The translations under genes were made by a program, and so were the position numbers. 64,000 nt of DNA from Eledone cirrhosa (Eukaryota): the NCBI GenBank assembly GCA_964016885.1, contig OZ024740.1, forward strand, positions 33,232,001 to 33,296,000. Direction: 5' to 3'. The notes under the pieces are model-generated. The model did not search any database and was not told the origin of the DNA. It saw only the letters and a list, made by a program, of their open reading frames with translations. Positions 61,101 through 64,000 of this stretch are shown here, piece after piece; the first letter of the stretch is position 1; every line of letters begins with the position of its first letter.

Positions 61101-64000
61101 CTATATATTCTACATAGAAAGTGTTCATCTATATATTTTAGATAGAAAGTGTTTATTTATATATTCTAGATAGAAAGTGTTCATCTATATATTCTAGATA
61201 GAAAGTGACCATCTATATATTCTAGATAGAATGTATTCATCTATATTTTCTAGATAGAAAGTGACCATCTATATATTCTAGATAGAAAGTGTTCATCTAT
61301 ATATTCTAGATAGAAAGTGACTATCTATATATTCTAGATAGAAAATGACAATCTATATATTTCAGATAGAATGTGACCATCTATATATTTTAAATAGAAA
61401 ATGACCATTTATATATTCTAGATAGAAAGTGACCATCTATATATTTTAGATAGAAAGTGACCATCTATATATTTTAGACAGAAAGTGTTCATCTATATAT
61501 TCTAGATAGAAAGTGTTCATCTATATATTCTAGATAGAAAGTGACCATCTATATATTCCAGATAGAAAGTGTTCATCTATATATTCTAGATAGAAAGTGT
61601 TCATCTATATATTCTACATAGAAAGTGTTCATCTATATATTTTAGATAGAAAGTGTTTATTTATATATTCTAGATAGAAAGTGTTCATCTATATATTCTA
61701 GATAGAAAGTGACCATCTATATATTCTAGATAGAATGTATTCATCTATATTTTCTAGATAGAAAGTGACCATCTATATATTCTAGATAGAAAGTGACCAT
61801 CTATATATTCTAGATAGAAAGTGACCATCTTTATATTTTAGATAAAAAGTGTTCATCTATATATTCTAGATAGAAAGTGACCATCTATACATTCTAGATA
61901 GAGAGTGTTCATCTATATATTCTAGATAGAAAGTGTTCATCTATATATTCCAGATAGAAAGTGTTCATCTATATATTCTACATAGAAAGTGTTCATCTAT
62001 ATATTTTAGATAGAAAGTGTTTATTTATATATTCTAGATAGAAAGTGTTCATCTATATATTCTAGATAGAAAGTGACCATCTATATATTCTAGATAGAAT
62101 GTATTCATCTATATTTTCTAGATAGAAAGTGACCATCTATATATTCTAGATAGAAAGTGTTCATCTATATATTCTAGATAGAAAGTGACTATCTATATAT
62201 TCTAGATAGAAAATGACAATCTATATATTTCAGATAGAATGTGACCATCTATATATTTTAAATAGAAAATGACCATCTATATATTCTAGATAGAAAGTGA
62301 CCATCTATATATTTTAGATAGAAAGTGACCATCTATATATTTTAGACAGAAAGTGTTCATCTATATATTCTAGATAGAAAGTGTTCATCTATATATTCTA
62401 GATAGAAAGTGACCATCTATATATTCCAGATAGAAAGTGTTCATCTATATATTCTAGATAGAAAGTGTTCATCTATATATTCTACATAGAAAGTGTTCAT
62501 CTATATATTTTAGATAGAAAGTGTTTATTTATATATTCTAGATAGAAAGTGTTCATCTATATATTCTAGATAGAAAGTGACCATCTATATATTCTAGATA
62601 GAATGTATTCATCTATATTTTCTAGATAGAAAGTGACCATCTATATATTCTAGATAGAAAGTGACCATCTATATATTCTAGATAGAAAGTGACCATCTTT
62701 ATATTTTAGATAAAAAGTGTTCATCTATATATTCTAGATAGAAAGTGACCATCTATACATTCTAGATAGAAAGTGTTCATCTATATATTCTAGATAGAAA
62801 GTGACTATCTATATATTCTAGATAGAAAATGACAATCTATATATTTCAGATAGAATGTGACCATCTATATATTTTAAATAGAAAATGACCATCTATATAT
62901 TCTAGATAGAAAGTGACCATCTATATATTTTAGATAGAAAGTGACCATCTATATATTTTAGACAGAAAGTGTTCATCTATATATTCTAGATAGAAAGTGT
63001 TCATCTATATATTCTAGATAGAAAGTGACCATCTATATATTCCAGATAGAAAGTGTTCATCTATATATCCCAGATAGAAAGTGTTCATCTATATATTCTA
63101 TATAGAAAGTGTTCATCTATATATTTTAGATAGAAAGTGTTTATTTATATATTCTAGATAGAAAGTGTTCATCTATATATTCCAGATAGAAAGTGTTCAT
63201 CTATATATTCTAGATAGAAAGTGACCATCTATATATTCTAGATAGAAAGTGTTCATCTATATATTCTAGATAGAAAGTGACTATCTATATATTCTAGATA
63301 GAAAATGACAATCTATATATTTCAGATAGAATGTGACCATCTATATATTTTAAATAGAAAATGACCATCTATATATTCTAGATAGAAAGTGTTCATCTAT
63401 ATATTCTAGATAGAAAGTGACCATCTATATATTCCAGATAGAAAGTGTTCATCTATATATTCTAGATAGAAAGTGTTCATCTATATATTCTACATAGAAA
63501 GTGTTCATCTATATATTTTAGATAGAAAGTGTTTATTTATATATTCTAGACAGAAAGTGTTCATCTATATATTCTAGATAGAAAGTGACCATCTATATAT
63601 TCTAGATAGAAAGTGTTCATCTATATATTCTAGATAGAAAGTGACTATCTATATATTCTAGATAGAAAATGACAATCTATATATTTCAGATAGAATGTGA
63701 CCATCTATATATTTTAAATAGAAAATGACCATCTATATATTCTAGATAGAAAGTGACCATCTATATATTTTAGATAGAAAGTGACCATCTATATATTTTA
63801 GACAGAAAGTGTTCATCTATATTTTCTAGATAGAAAGTGACCATCTATATATTCTAGATAGAAAGTGACCATCTATATATTCTATATAGAAAGTGACCAT
63901 TTATATATTTTAGATAGAAAGTGTTCATCTATATATTCCAGATAGAAAGTGTTCATCTATATAATCTAGATAGAAAGTGTTCATCTATATATTCTAGATA

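Larger units (their letters stand above)
1..64000. repeat. 28-bp tandem satellite array (about 2,280 head-to-tail monomers; consensus TCTAGATAGAAAGTG[AC/TT]CATCTATATAT), running off both ends of the window
   Basis: The 28-bp period is directly visible from the first line to the last, with no intervening unique sequence and no change of orientation. Most monomers differ from consensus by 0-3 substitutions. Rare length variants of 23, 27, 29, 30 and 32 bp occur. Confidence 0.99.

Noticed and set aside
1-64000. CRISPR array: a 28-bp partly palindromic repeat whose GTTCA...TAGAAA ends superficially resemble type I-F repeats
   Set aside because: The repeats are directly head-to-tail with no unique spacers, leader or cas genes. 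The GC-rich stem of I-F repeats is absent.
1-64000. Repetitive protein-coding ORF on either strand
   Set aside because: TCTAGA places TAG on both strands in most monomers, and the plus strand has further TAG and TGA. Because 28 is not a multiple of 3, the stops rotate through all frames about every 84 bp.
1-64000. Telomerase-type long telomeric repeat
   Set aside because: There is no G-rich strand. Multi-level HORs with inherited private variants indicate recombination-based amplification rather than copying from one template.
1-64000. Sequencing or rolling-circle concatemer artefact, or a synthetic array
   Set aside because: Variants are ordered, nested and regionally restricted over several length scales, unlike random error or identical concatemer copies. 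Local mis-assembly of individual blocks cannot be excluded.
1-64000. Promoter elements (TATA-like TATATA, heat-shock-element-like TATTCTAGA)
   Set aside because: There is no gene to regulate. The matches are partial, with no three-unit nGAAn array, and are expected from the composition.
1-64000. AC/TT monomer order as an information-bearing code or diversity-generating cassette system
   Set aside because: The order is explained by inheritance of the HOR and its duplications. No recombinase, reverse transcriptase or expression locus is present in the window.
1-64000. Embedded transposon, inversion or unique island
   Set aside because: Reading through the window, every line conformed to the same-strand 28-bp repeat. 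I saw no reverse-orientation monomer (e.g. CACTTTCTATC) or foreign sequence.

Overview
The whole 64 kb window is one uninterrupted, single-orientation, AT-rich (about 25-29% GC per monomer) tandem satellite array. The monomer is 28 bp, consensus TCTAGATAGAAAGTG(AC/TT)CATCTATATAT, in roughly 2,280 copies. I found no genes, RNA genes, transposons, CRISPR spacers or unique sequence. The monomers are not randomly variable. Diagnostic variants recur in fixed order and define an 18-monomer (504 bp) core higher-order repeat (HOR) plus at least three optional monomer modules, giving HOR units of 15-43 monomers. These units were then copied in blocks of 0.17-5.4 kb, with longer-range relationships at about 11, 17 and 24 kb. 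This hierarchy is typical of eukaryotic centromeric, pericentromeric or other heterochromatic satellite DNA. I do not recognise the family or organism, and function cannot be determined from the sequence. I found no support for a novel gene-based system; the interest lies in the array architecture. All coordinates and offsets were counted by eye.
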